DNA of 64,000 nucleotides from Burkholderiales bacterium (GCA_023701005.1 JAMPXW010000002.1:45347-109346), one strand, 5' to 3'. Positions 9,369 to 18,990 are shown, counted from the stretch's first letter. The notes: generated by a model not told the origin, from the sequence alone. Translations and numbers: made by a program.

Positions 9369-10472
9369 TTATGAACTTTTTTGTTGGTATTTTGATATTT
9401 GGAAAATTATACCTATCGCTATCAGATCTATCATGAGTGAAGTCCCTCCATGACTCATAAAAACTAGAGGCACGCCAGTAAGTGGAAATACTCCAGTCAC
9501 AGAAGCTATATTCATGAAAGATTGAGCTGCAATCAGTATAACAATTCCAGAAACCAAAAGTCTACTAAATAAATCTGGAGAATTGTTGGCTATACGAAGA
9601 CCCCTCAATACAAAAAGCAAATATAATACTATTATGATGACTAAGCCCACAAAACCTAATTCTTCTCCCATAACAGCAAAGATAGAATCTCCTTGTGGTT
9701 CTGGTAAATAGCTAAATTTCTGGATACTTTGGCCATACCCTCTACCGAAAACACCCCCGGACCCTATAGCTATCATGGATTGTTGAATCTGATAAGAAGA
9801 ACCCTGAGGATCTTGAGATGGATCTAAAAAGGTCTTTACTCTTTCTTGTAGATATGGAGTAAAGAAAACGAGGAACCCTAACACGACAACAGCCCCAACT
9901 CCAACGACAGAAATCCATTTCATAGACGCACCAGATATAAAAAGCATGCACATTCCCGTAATCGCGATAAGAATGAAACTTTTTGTATCTGGCTGGTTAA
10001 ATAATATGACAGCTATCAAAGCCAGCAAAATTCCAAAAGGTAATATTCCAAATCTAAAATCTTCAACCTTATTTTTTGCCCATGAAAGCCAAGCTGCAAA
10101 ATATATTACAAAGCCAAATTTCAAAAGTTCTACTGGCTGAAATCTCATAAATACCAAATCTATCCATCTCGTTGCACCCAACCTACTCCAACCAATTCCA
10201 GGAATAAAAACAGCTGCAGTCAATAATATAGAACCAAGGAAAATATAAAAAGAATATTTCCTTAAAATTTTATAATTTGTTTTATAAGAAAAATACATCC
10301 CGACGAAACCCATCCCGAAACCAAGAATCAATTGACTAAAAAGTACAGAATAAAAAACAGATTCATTTCTAGCTAAAATACCTAAAGATGCAGACACAAA
10401 CATAGCTGCCCCTATGGCAATCATAATAAAAACTATTATCAAAAAAAATTTATCTATTTTTTTACCTTTCAT
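9369..10472 (-). CDS. ftsW: SEDS-family peptidoglycan polymerase FtsW/RodA
   Basis: Ten-TM SEDS protein with 'SQSFMNIASVTGVFPLTGVPLVFMSHGGTSL'. It lies between mraY and murG. Confidence 0.8.
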   Translation of the reverse strand: MKGKKIDKFFLIIVFIMIAIGAAMFVSASLGILARNESVFYSVLFSQLILGFGMGFVGMYFSYKTNYKILRKYSFYIFLGSILLTAAVFIPGIGWSRLGATRWIDLVFMRFQPVELLKFGFVIYFAAWLSWAKNKVEDFRFGILPFGILLALIAVILFNQPDTKSFILIAITGMCMLFISGASMKWISVVGVGAVVVLGFLVFFTPYLQERVKTFLDPSQDPQGSSYQIQQSMIAIGSGGVFGRGYGQSIQKFSYLPEPQGDSIFAVMGEELGFVGLVIIIVLYLLFVLRGLRIANNSPDLFSRLLVSGIVILIAAQSFMNIASVTGVFPLTGVPLVFMSHGGTSLMIDLIAIGIIFQISKYQQKSS

Positions 10473-10480
10473 TAAATTTA

Positions 10481-11533
10481 CTACCTACTTATAACCGCTA
10501 AAATTATTCCTATAATAGAAAAAGCGATAGAAAATACCCAGAAACGCATAACGACTTTATAAGAAGGCCAACCAAGAGCTTCAAAATGATGGTGTATGGG
10601 TGCTAAACGAAATACTTTTTTACCATTTCTAAATTTCTTTGACAAAATTTGCAAAATAACTGACCCAGAACTCACAACAAGTGGCATGGCTATTATTGGT
10701 AGAATAAAAATAGTATCAGTCAAAAAAGATACAGTAGCTAATGTGATAGTGAGACCTATCATTCCTGTCTCTCCCATATAAAATCTTGCTGGAGGAATAT
10801 TAAACCAAAGAAAAGCCAAAACAGCTCCCGCTGTTACTCCACAAAAAGTAGCTATGTCTATCTGATTATTTATAAATGCTATGACAGCATAAGCAGAAAA
10901 TATTGATGCCAAAACTCCTCCTGAAAGTCCATCCAATCCATCGATGACTCCTCCTGAGAAAGTAGCCAAAGCAACTAAAATAAAAAATGGGATAATCAAA
11001 ATTCCTAAATATAATTCTCCTCCAAATGGTATCTGAATCGAAACCATCCCCAATTTATAATAAAAATAAAGTCCTATTAAAAAAGATATTAATAAAACAA
11101 GAAAAGCTTTCCACTTACGCCAAGAATTATCATCATGAGCTATCTTTCCTTTCCCATATATTTGAATCAAATCATCCCATAAACCCAAGAAAGATCCAAA
11201 AAGTAAAACCAAAAGAGGTATTAATGTTTGATTTTTACTTAAGAAATTCATCTTTTCTGAAATATCTGATGGAAAAAATATAGATATAAAATAAAAAATA
11301 AATACAGAAAATAAAATAGAAACCCAAACTATAATTCCTCCGACACGTGGAGTCTTCAGCTCTTCTTCTTGATTATGAATCTTTTGAAATTCTGAAAATG
11401 TGGCTTCATTCCTAGAATATTTCTTCCACATTTTATATTTATAAAAAAAATGTGTAGCCAAAGGGGTAATAAATAAACCCACCAAAAAAGCTACAACTGT
11501 AGGCAAAAATATTTTAACTAAATTTAAAAGCAT
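10481..11533 (-). CDS. mraY: Phospho-N-acetylmuramoyl-pentapeptide transferase MraY
   Basis: 'LKTPRVGGIIVW', 'GLWDDLIQI', and the canonical 'APIHHHFE' motif. Confidence 0.9.
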   Translation of the reverse strand: MLLNLVKIFLPTVVAFLVGLFITPLATHFFYKYKMWKKYSRNEATFSEFQKIHNQEEELKTPRVGGIIVWVSILFSVFIFYFISIFFPSDISEKMNFLSKNQTLIPLLVLLFGSFLGLWDDLIQIYGKGKIAHDDNSWRKWKAFLVLLISFLIGLYFYYKLGMVSIQIPFGGELYLGILIIPFFILVALATFSGGVIDGLDGLSGGVLASIFSAYAVIAFINNQIDIATFCGVTAGAVLAFLWFNIPPARFYMGETGMIGLTITLATVSFLTDTIFILPIIAMPLVVSSGSVILQILSKKFRNGKKVFRLAPIHHHFEALGWPSYKVVMRFWVFSIAFSIIGIILAVISR

Positions 11534-11551
11534 ATAAACATTATAACATAT

Positions 11552-13270
11552 TTAATAAACCTCCCCATTATAACATTTCTCACAATACACAATTTCAAGT
11601 CGATCAGGAGAATAGGAAGTTTCAAATTCATTGGTACAACCTTCTTTCATGCATTTCCTATGCCATAAATCAACTGGATTTCGTGATTCAAACAATTCAA
11701 AATTTCTGGTATTAGGACATTTTCTTGGTAAAGGAATATTCCATCTTTTATAAACTTCAAGTTCATTTTTTGTAATTCTAAATGCTTTTGTACATTTATG
11801 TTCCTGTGCTTTATTTTTATTTTTATCCCATGCTTCGCAAAGAATTATTTCGTTTAATATTGAATCATCTACATTTTTTATTTCTACTAAATCTTTCCAA
11901 TCTTTTGTTGGAGTATAACTTTTATCTTCATTTTCAATCCATGGATAATTATTTTTACATGCTTCTTCTTTTGTAATTGGCAAATATTCTTGAGCAAGTG
12001 TTTCATTGTAAGCAAAAGGCGAATTTTCAATCGGAAATAATTCTCCGTAAAAATATTTTCTTCCACTCTTATCAATGAAAGGCATCTCTTTCATTTGTTG
12101 TTTTATTTTCTGTACTAATTCTTCATACTCTTCTTTTGTATATTGTTTATTTAAAATGCAATATTCTTTTTTACGTAAAGATATAGAACCAAATATATTT
12201 TTTACGTTAAATGAATCAGCGACATATTCTGTATTAAAATTATTTTCACCATTAACACTAAAAAAAATATCTGACGAAAAATCAACATTGTTTGAATCAT
12301 AGGCTAATTGTCCAGCGTTTACTCCAAAAATATCCATAGAATCTCTTTGTTTGAAACCCCTAACTACATATTTTGTATTTTCACCTTCGTAGGCAAGAAA
12401 AGAGTTATGTACATTTTTGCAATTATAAATAAAATTTCCAGAAACATTATAATTCTGTTCTCCGGCCATAAACTTATGAAAGGCTTTTTGTAAAATTATT
12501 TCTTTAAAAGTTTTTACAGCTTTTTTGAATAATTCATATGAACTAAAAGTTTCATTTTTTATTTTCTCATATTCTTCTTTAGATACTTGTTTGTTAAAAA
12601 CATAAAAATTTTTATTTCTAAGATTATAACTAAACATACAATTCTGACAATTGCGACAATCATACAAAAACATAGAACTGAGACAATTGGTACATTCTTG
12701 ACTGAAATGTACTTCATTACAATTTGTGCAATCTGTAGACGAAAAACAAAATTCACATTTTTTTATAAAAATACTATCCCAACAATCTTTACATTCTGAA
12801 AGAGTTTGCCCATAACCACAATTTTCTGAAAACCAACTACCAAATATTAAATAACTATCTTTCATATGGGCAGTATGATTGCAATATTCACTATTTGTAT
12901 TTGCAGATTCATACAAAGCAGGCTTGGGGACTATTTCTTGTAAAGACTTAAATTGTTGAAAGAATGATTTAGAAAAATCATAATCTCTACCATATTCTGT
13001 CGCATCCCACTTATCACTCCACCAACATTCATGACAATACACAGGAAAAACTGTATTTGGTTTATACATTGAAATTATATTATCTTTACATAAATCACAA
13101 TTCCTTTTATATAAAGATCTTTCATTTCTCCATGCAAGTCTACGAGCAAATCTACATTTCCAGCAAAATGTCGGTGGAGGGACTTTTATCTTTTCATAAA
13201 AATTAAAATCTTCTGGCTCTATGGTGAAGTCACATTTACAATTCTGACAATTTTTAGTTTCTTTTTGCAT
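11552..13270 (-). CDS. Cys-rich zinc-ribbon paralog family protein, copy A (572 aa), function unknown
   Basis: N-terminal 'CQNCKCDFTIEPEDFNFYEKIKVPPPTFCWKCR'. Two internal '...NKQ.SKEEYE' modules. C-terminal 'LWHRKCMKEGCTNEFETSYSPDRLEIVYCEKCY'. It is a paralog of the nine ORFs at 32393-58597. Confidence 0.85.
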   Translation of the reverse strand: MQKETKNCQNCKCDFTIEPEDFNFYEKIKVPPPTFCWKCRFARRLAWRNERSLYKRNCDLCKDNIISMYKPNTVFPVYCHECWWSDKWDATEYGRDYDFSKSFFQQFKSLQEIVPKPALYESANTNSEYCNHTAHMKDSYLIFGSWFSENCGYGQTLSECKDCWDSIFIKKCEFCFSSTDCTNCNEVHFSQECTNCLSSMFLYDCRNCQNCMFSYNLRNKNFYVFNKQVSKEEYEKIKNETFSSYELFKKAVKTFKEIILQKAFHKFMAGEQNYNVSGNFIYNCKNVHNSFLAYEGENTKYVVRGFKQRDSMDIFGVNAGQLAYDSNNVDFSSDIFFSVNGENNFNTEYVADSFNVKNIFGSISLRKKEYCILNKQYTKEEYEELVQKIKQQMKEMPFIDKSGRKYFYGELFPIENSPFAYNETLAQEYLPITKEEACKNNYPWIENEDKSYTPTKDWKDLVEIKNVDDSILNEIILCEAWDKNKNKAQEHKCTKAFRITKNELEVYKRWNIPLPRKCPNTRNFELFESRNPVDLWHRKCMKEGCTNEFETSYSPDRLEIVYCEKCYNGEVY

Positions 13271-13302
13271 TTTTTTAAAAGCTACAAGCTAAAACCTATA
13301 AG

Positions 13303-13863
13303 CTATCCCTCTTCTGCTTCTTTTACTAATTCTTCTTCCAAATTTTGAGAGGCGGATTCGATAGAATTATTAACTAAAGCATAATCTGGTAATTCTTCGA
13401 CAGAATTAACTCCCATATAAGAAAGCAATTCAAATGTAGGTTTATAAATATATCTTCTATTATCTGTAGGATCTATGCTTTTCTCTACCAAGCCACGGAT
13501 AGAAAGAGCTCTCAAAGTAAAACTAGAATTAACTCCTCTTATATAATCAATTAATGATCGGCTCACTCCATTTTTATATAAAACAATAGACAAAACTTCT
13601 AAACTAGCTTTTGAAAGTTCTTTATTTAATTCTTCTTTTTGTAATTTTTCTATTAATTCTGAAATTTCTTTATTTGCACCTAAGGTAATATCATTATCTT
13701 TTTCTTGCAATACTATTCCCCTATCTTTCAAATTTTCTTTTAATTTTTCTATTGCTTCATTCATTTCATTTTGACCAACTGCCAAAAATTCAGAAAGTTT
13801 CTTTCTAGACATTGGTTCTCCTTTAAAGAAAAGTATTGCTTCTATTTTTTGTTCTAAATTCAT
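13303..13863 (-). CDS. scpB: Segregation and condensation protein B
   Basis: 'IEAILFFKGEPMSRKKLSEFL' plus tandem winged-helix ScpB architecture, adjacent to scpA. Confidence 0.85.
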   Translation of the reverse strand: MNLEQKIEAILFFKGEPMSRKKLSEFLAVGQNEMNEAIEKLKENLKDRGIVLQEKDNDITLGANKEISELIEKLQKEELNKELSKASLEVLSIVLYKNGVSRSLIDYIRGVNSSFTLRALSIRGLVEKSIDPTDNRRYIYKPTFELLSYMGVNSVEELPDYALVNNSIESASQNLEEELVKEAEEG

Positions 13864-13923
13864 TGTTTTTTATCTTAAATTATGGAAATTAAAAATTTTA
13901 AGAGTCGTGTTGGTCCCCTGCCC

Positions 13924-14685
13924 TTATGACTCCGAGGGCGAAGGCTCAAAAATTTTTGAATTTTCATAATTTTGTTTTTCTATTATAATATCATCAAAGT
14001 TATTATCTTGCACCACATTAAGTATTCCTTGCCTTATGAGCTCGAGCATTGCAAGGAAGCCTATAATCACAACTACTTTTTCTTCTTTAGTTTTAGCAGT
14101 TCCGGTAAAGTCTCTAAAATTCATTTTGAGTGCTCCCTCTATTCTTTCAGTCAATTTATCTATCATTTCTTCTATACTTATAACTTTTTTTACTTCTACC
14201 TCTGGCAAGAAAGTTTTCTTTGGAATTTTATCTAAAGCACCATGAGCAAAAGACCTCATGCTTTCTTTTGTGATCTGTTCATCAGGCAAAAAAACCAAAA
14301 ACTCATTTTTCCTTTCAAGAGGAGCAAAGATTATTTTATCTCCAAATCTATCTTTGATATGTCCTGCTAATTTATTATAAAGTTCAAAAAGTTTTAATCT
14401 TTCTTCTAAATTATGAATATCGCTTTCTTCTTCTCCTGTTAAATTTAAATTTGGTAAAAGAGATTTTGATTTTATTAAAATAAGTGTAGCTGCAACTATT
14501 ATAAAACTAGATATTTCTGAATGATTTACTTTTTCTAAGTTATTTAAATATTTTAAATAATCTTCTGTGACTTGAGTAAGAGAAATCTCATTTATAAAAA
14601 GTTTACGCTCTTCAATCAAATTTAAAAGAACCCCAAATGGTCCTTCAAAATTGGCTGTTTTTACTTTATAGGCTTCATTTTCCAC
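13924..14685 (-). CDS. scpA: Segregation and condensation protein A (kleisin)
   Basis: 'FEGPFGVLLNLIEERKLFINEISLTQVTEDYLKYL' is the ScpA N-terminal consensus. Confidence 0.85.
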   Translation of the reverse strand: MENEAYKVKTANFEGPFGVLLNLIEERKLFINEISLTQVTEDYLKYLNNLEKVNHSEISSFIIVAATLILIKSKSLLPNLNLTGEEESDIHNLEERLKLFELYNKLAGHIKDRFGDKIIFAPLERKNEFLVFLPDEQITKESMRSFAHGALDKIPKKTFLPEVEVKKVISIEEMIDKLTERIEGALKMNFRDFTGTAKTKEEKVVVIIGFLAMLELIRQGILNVVQDNNFDDIIIEKQNYENSKIFEPSPSES

Positions 14686-14703
14686 CTATATATTATATCA
14701 TAT

Positions 14704-15639
14704 TTACTCCCAATTAAAACCCCTTCCAAAATGTCCCCAAGTGCATGTATCTTTATATTTTACTTCATTTAATTTTAGATTCTCATATATTCCCTTTGGG
14801 GTAAGATCATAACCAACAATTTCCATCTCTTTACCATCAACAACAGCGACAGCCATCACAGGATCTTTTTTCCCTATAGCATAAGCAAGCTTTGTATGCA
14901 CTTCTTTTGCATTATTTTTTTTCAAAAGATCTACCGCTATTTTGCGAGCCATATAAGCACCAGATCTATCTACTTTTGTATAATCTTTACCAGAAAAAGA
15001 ACCTCCACCTATTGTAATTTCTGGACCGTAATTATCTACTATCAATTTTCTTCCTGACAACCCTGTATCTGCATCAAAACCACCCAAGATCCATTCACCG
15101 GCAGGATTAATCAAATATTCTTCAGCTTCTATTATATTTTTTACAAGTTTTAATAAATCTTCGTTTTTTGTATTTTGAAAACTAGCAACAACTGTCAAAA
15201 TTTTATCACCATCTATCGTCACTTGAGTTTTGCCATCGTATGGATAAATTTCAAAAATCTTTTGACATAAATCTCTAGCCAATAAATATTCTAAAGGTAA
15301 AAATTCTCTAGTCTCATTTGTAGCGTAACCTTTCATAATACCCTGATCTCCAGCACCTCCTGTATCCACACCTTGAGCTATCTCAGAGCTTTGTAAAACA
15401 ATATTAGTAATCACTTTATAATCGTCTCCGACGATGTCCTGAACGATTTTCTCTATGTTTGGATTTGATTTTGATGTTACTTCTCCGTTTATTGTTATCA
15501 ATTTATGCCCTCCCATAACTTCGATAGCGACACGGCTTTCTTTATCATTATCAAGATAAGCATCCAAAATACTATCTGCTATAAAATCACAAATTTTATC
15601 TGGATGTTTCGGGCTTACAAATTCGGCTGTTCTTTTCAT
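14704..15639 (-). CDS. metK: S-adenosylmethionine synthetase, short form (311 aa)
   Basis: 'KHPDKICDFIADSILD', 'GAGDQGIMKGYATNET' and 'GGGSFSGKDYTKVDRSGAYMARKIA' are all MetK signature blocks. Confidence 0.8.
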   Translation of the reverse strand: MKRTAEFVSPKHPDKICDFIADSILDAYLDNDKESRVAIEVMGGHKLITINGEVTSKSNPNIEKIVQDIVGDDYKVITNIVLQSSEIAQGVDTGGAGDQGIMKGYATNETREFLPLEYLLARDLCQKIFEIYPYDGKTQVTIDGDKILTVVASFQNTKNEDLLKLVKNIIEAEEYLINPAGEWILGGFDADTGLSGRKLIVDNYGPEITIGGGSFSGKDYTKVDRSGAYMARKIAVDLLKKNNAKEVHTKLAYAIGKKDPVMAVAVVDGKEMEIVGYDLTPKGIYENLKLNEVKYKDTCTWGHFGRGFNWE

Positions 15640-15686
15640 ATAAAAATATATACTAATTTAGTAGTAAGAATACATTAACATATATT

Positions 15687-16085
15687 CTATTTATTTAAAA
15701 ATGTTATGGTAAATTGCAAAACAGTAGCAAACATAACCCATAATAAATAAGGTATGTTAATTAGAGCTACCCATTTCATATGTGGATATATAGCTATCAT
15801 AGCCCATGCCAATGTGATCAAAACAAAACTTATATCAATAGCTGCCAATATATTATTTTGCAAACCAAATTGAATTGGAGAAAAAGAAAAATTAAATATC
15901 AAATTTAAAGCAAAAGGTAATGCGATGATGGCTGGTAATTGTTTTGTAAAAACTTTTTGAAAAACTGATACGAAAGAGACAGCAATAATAAAATATAAAA
16001 CAGTCCAAACCGGACCAAAAAGATAAGAAGGAGGGGCCCACTCAGGCTTAACAAGTTCTTGATACCATGTAGTTTGTGTATTCAT
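15687..16085 (-). CDS. TspO/MBR (tryptophan-rich sensory protein) family membrane protein
   Basis: 'WYQELVKPEWAPPSYLFGPVWTVLYFIIAV' and W-rich TM helices. Confidence 0.7.
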   Translation of the reverse strand: MNTQTTWYQELVKPEWAPPSYLFGPVWTVLYFIIAVSFVSVFQKVFTKQLPAIIALPFALNLIFNFSFSPIQFGLQNNILAAIDISFVLITLAWAMIAIYPHMKWVALINIPYLLWVMFATVLQFTITFLNK

Positions 16086-16103
16086 ATATTTATTATACTA
16101 CTT

Positions 16104-16832
16104 TTATTTTAAAGTAATACTTTTTATCACTACAGGGTCTACGGGCCTATCTCCCGCAGCAGTTGGTACATTGTTGATGGCTTTTGCCACATCAGCACCT
16201 GACACTATTTTACCAAAAACTGTATGCTTGGAATCTAAATAATTGTTATCAGCTGCATTTATAAAAAATTGGCTACCATTAGAATTTGGCCCTGCATTAG
16301 CCATTGATATTGTATTTATATCATTTTTATTATCAGAAGTTATTTCATCATCAAACTTATATCCCGGACCACCCGTCCCCCAAGAAGACATTTTTGTATC
16401 ATCTTTTGAAAAAGGATCACCTCCCTGACTCATAAAACCTTTTATCACTCGATGAAATTTAGTCCCATCATAAAAACCATCTTTAGCTAATTTAACAAAA
16501 TTTGCCACTGTATTTGGTGTATTAGGATTAAATTCTATCATTATATCTCCTTTATTTGTATGTAATGTTGCTGTCATAATTTTTTTATTATCTTCTTCAT
16601 TATTAATAATTTTATTTTCATTCTGTGTTTGTATTTGTGTTTCTTGTTGCATCTGTTGTTCTGTTTGATTTTGTGTTTGATCTGTTTTTCCTTGTGAATT
16701 TTCTTCTTTAGAAAAAATATTTAAATTTTCTATCTCAGGACTTTTTTGTTGCTCATCAAATTTAGCGACAGACAACCAATAGCCCAAACCTAAAGTAGCC
16801 AATATTAATATTGTAATTCCAATTTTATTCAT
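16104..16832 (-). CDS. Cyclophilin-type peptidyl-prolyl cis-trans isomerase, membrane-anchored, with a Q/T-rich linker
   Basis: N-terminal TM helix and a low-complexity 'QTQNQTEQQMQQETQIQTQNENK' linker. Cyclophilin core 'GFYDGTKFHRVIKGFMSQGGDP...GSQFFI'. Confidence 0.85.
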   Translation of the reverse strand: MNKIGITILILATLGLGYWLSVAKFDEQQKSPEIENLNIFSKEENSQGKTDQTQNQTEQQMQQETQIQTQNENKIINNEEDNKKIMTATLHTNKGDIMIEFNPNTPNTVANFVKLAKDGFYDGTKFHRVIKGFMSQGGDPFSKDDTKMSSWGTGGPGYKFDDEITSDNKNDINTISMANAGPNSNGSQFFINAADNNYLDSKHTVFGKIVSGADVAKAINNVPTAAGDRPVDPVVIKSITLK

Positions 16833-16880
16833 AAATAAATTATATCAAACAAAAAATAATTTTACAAAATAAAAGATCAA

Positions 16881-16913
16881 AAAAAGGCCGACAAATAGTC
16901 GGTCTTTTTTTTT
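16881..16913. terminator. Bidirectional rho-independent terminator
   Basis: 'aaaaaaaGGCCGACaaataGTCGGTCttttttttt' is a stem flanked by A/T runs. It lies between the PPIase gene and the Cys-rich peptide gene. Confidence 0.5.
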
Positions 16914-16937
16914 GATCTAACATTTTTAAATAAATTT

Positions 16938-17270
16938 TTAACGATAAAGACCACATCCTGCATATCTATCTCCCCACTCATTGCCTGAACCAACATCATA
17001 ACCATAACCATTATCACACCATGTCCCCGCTCTTACTGCATCATTGGTTGGAAGACTTCCTCCATTCCAATACAAAACTGAATCAGTGTAACATGCATAA
17101 TCATGACAACCACAAGTACCTATTGAATAACGATTATAATCAAAACATCTTTCAGCTGCAAGCGCTGCTGAAGTTTCTTTTGGACTAAAAGATATTTGAG
17201 AAAAGATAGCTAATGCTATCAACCCCAATGAAAATGATAATGCTCCTAAAATTGACACTTTGCCTTTCAT
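16938..17270 (-). CDS. Small secreted Cys-rich protein (110 aa; signal peptide plus 8 Cys)
   Basis: Signal peptide 'MKGKVSILGALSFSLGLIALAIFS'. The mature part is G/Y/C/D/W-rich ('CGCHDYACYTD...WCDNGYGYDVGSGNEWGDRYAGCGLYR'). Confidence 0.5.
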   Translation of the reverse strand: MKGKVSILGALSFSLGLIALAIFSQISFSPKETSAALAAERCFDYNRYSIGTCGCHDYACYTDSVLYWNGGSLPTNDAVRAGTWCDNGYGYDVGSGNEWGDRYAGCGLYR

Positions 17271-17430
17271 AACGTATTTTTAATAAATTAAATTTATAAT
17301 AAAATTAAACTAACTAATTTTATATCCCAACAATTAGAGGGGGCCGACCTCTTGTAAAATTAGAAAAATTAACTTTTAAAAAGGTTATCAAAAGATAAAA
17401 AAATGTCAAGAAAACCTATTTTACAATATT

Positions 17431-18252
17431 TTATTTCTTTATAAACCCTTCAAGTGCTTTTAGAGCTTCCACAGGAACCATATAAACCACTGTATTACTC
17501 TGATCAGAAGACATATCATTTATAGATTGCAATGTTCTCAAATGCAAAGCTCCTGGTGTAGTCGCAAGCATCTCAGCTGCCTTTGCAATATTTTGAGAAG
17601 CAGCAAGTTCTCCTTCAGAATTTATTATGACAGCTCTCTTCTCTCTTTCTGCTTCTGCTTGTTTACCAATGGTTCTTTCCATTTCTGCAGGCAAACTAAC
17701 ATCTTTCAATTCTACATTTTGAACTTTCAAGCCCCAAGCGTCTGTTTCTTTATCAACTATTTCTCTTATTCTTTCTGCTATTTTATCTCTGCTAGAAAGT
17801 AATTCATCAAGAGTTACTTCTCCAACGATATTTCTCATAGTCGTCTGTGCATATTGAGAGATAGCATATCTAAAGTCTTCAACTTCAATAACAGCTTTAT
17901 CTGCATCAATCACTTTATAATAAATAACAGCATTGACTTTCACTGTGACGTTGTCTCTGGTGATTGCGTTTTGATCTGGAACATCTACAGCTTTAATACG
18001 AACATCTACTTTCTCATAAGTTTGAAAAACAGGCCAAACTATTCTCCAACCTGGAAGCATAATAGAAGAAAATTTACCAAGAGTAAATTTGACCCCCCTT
18101 TCATATTGATTTATCTGACGAATACTACTAAGCACCAAAACTACTAAAAAAATAACAACTATTTGATAAATTTCCATAAAATTATTTATTAAATTGATAA
18201 TATATTTACTATTATACCTCGTAATAAAAATCAAATCAAAAACCCTACTCAA
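17431..18252 (-). CDS. SPFH/Band-7 (stomatin/HflC-like) membrane protein
   Basis: N-terminal TM helix and an SPFH domain ('VFQTYEKVDVRIKAVDVPDQNAITRDNVTVKVNAVIYYKV', with a coiled-coil tail). Confidence 0.85.
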   Translation of the reverse strand: MSRVFDLIFITRYNSKYIINLINNFMEIYQIVVIFLVVLVLSSIRQINQYERGVKFTLGKFSSIMLPGWRIVWPVFQTYEKVDVRIKAVDVPDQNAITRDNVTVKVNAVIYYKVIDADKAVIEVEDFRYAISQYAQTTMRNIVGEVTLDELLSSRDKIAERIREIVDKETDAWGLKVQNVELKDVSLPAEMERTIGKQAEAEREKRAVIINSEGELAASQNIAKAAEMLATTPGALHLRTLQSINDMSSDQSNTVVYMVPVEALKALEGFIKK

Positions 18253-18288
18253 GGTAGGGTTTTTGATTTTTACTCAATAATCATTAAA

Positions 18289-18990
18289 TTATTGTAAACA
18301 AGTTGCTCTTGCTGTTGCAAAAGTAGTATCAGCTAGTGTTTTAGCATCTTTCATTGTTTTCAACGCTGCCTCTTTAGCAGTTTTACGTGCAGTTAAAGCT
18401 GTGTCTTTCACATCCTTACGAGCTTTCAAAGCTTCATTACTACCTGTTTTACGAGCTACTAATGCTGCATCCTTTGCGGTCTTACGTACAGTCAAAGCTG
18501 CATCTTTAGCCGTCTTGCGAGCTGTTAAAGCTGCATCCTTGGCAGACTTTTTCGCTGCAAGATCAGTCAAGGCATTGGCTGCGGTGATAGCTGTAGTATA
18601 AGTATCATTTGCTGTTTTCACTGAAGCTGCATATGTATCATTTGCTGTTTTAACAGCAGTCGCATATGTATCTCTTACAGTTTTTGTAGAAGTTGCATAT
18701 GTATCATTTGCAGTTTTGACAGTCGAAGCATAATTTTCATTAGCAACTTTTACAGCTGCAGCATAAGTTTCGTTTGCAGTTTTGACTGAAGCTTTCTTAA
18801 TTGCAGTCGCATCAGCAATACATTTCTTTTGTGTATCTGTTAATTTTACTTTTGAAGTAGTGGCTGTAGTAGATGTCACCACAGGCACGACTGTGGTATT
18901 TGTTGTATTTGTCTCTTCAGCTAAAGCAAAAGAAGATATAAACAACATACCAAACAACATAAAACCAGTTATTATTTTTGATTTTGTCAT
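18289..18990 (-). CDS. Secreted Ala/Thr/Lys-rich protein made of 11-residue tandem repeats
   Basis: Signal peptide, then about 8 copies of 'VKTANDTYA..' followed by about 6 copies of 'LTARKTAKDAA' (11-mer periodicity). Confidence 0.6.
   Translation of the reverse strand: MTKSKIITGFMLFGMLFISSFALAEETNTTNTTVVPVVTSTTATTSKVKLTDTQKKCIADATAIKKASVKTANETYAAAVKVANENYASTVKTANDTYATSTKTVRDTYATAVKTANDTYAASVKTANDTYTTAITAANALTDLAAKKSAKDAALTARKTAKDAALTVRKTAKDAALVARKTGSNEALKARKDVKDTALTARKTAKEAALKTMKDAKTLADTTFATARATCLQ
18401..18780. repeat. 33-nt-period tandem coding repeats inside the 18289..18990 gene
   Basis: Reiterated 'gctgcatc(t/c)ttagc(c/a)gt(c/t)ttacg...' units are visible in the nucleotide sequence. 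Confidence 0.5.
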
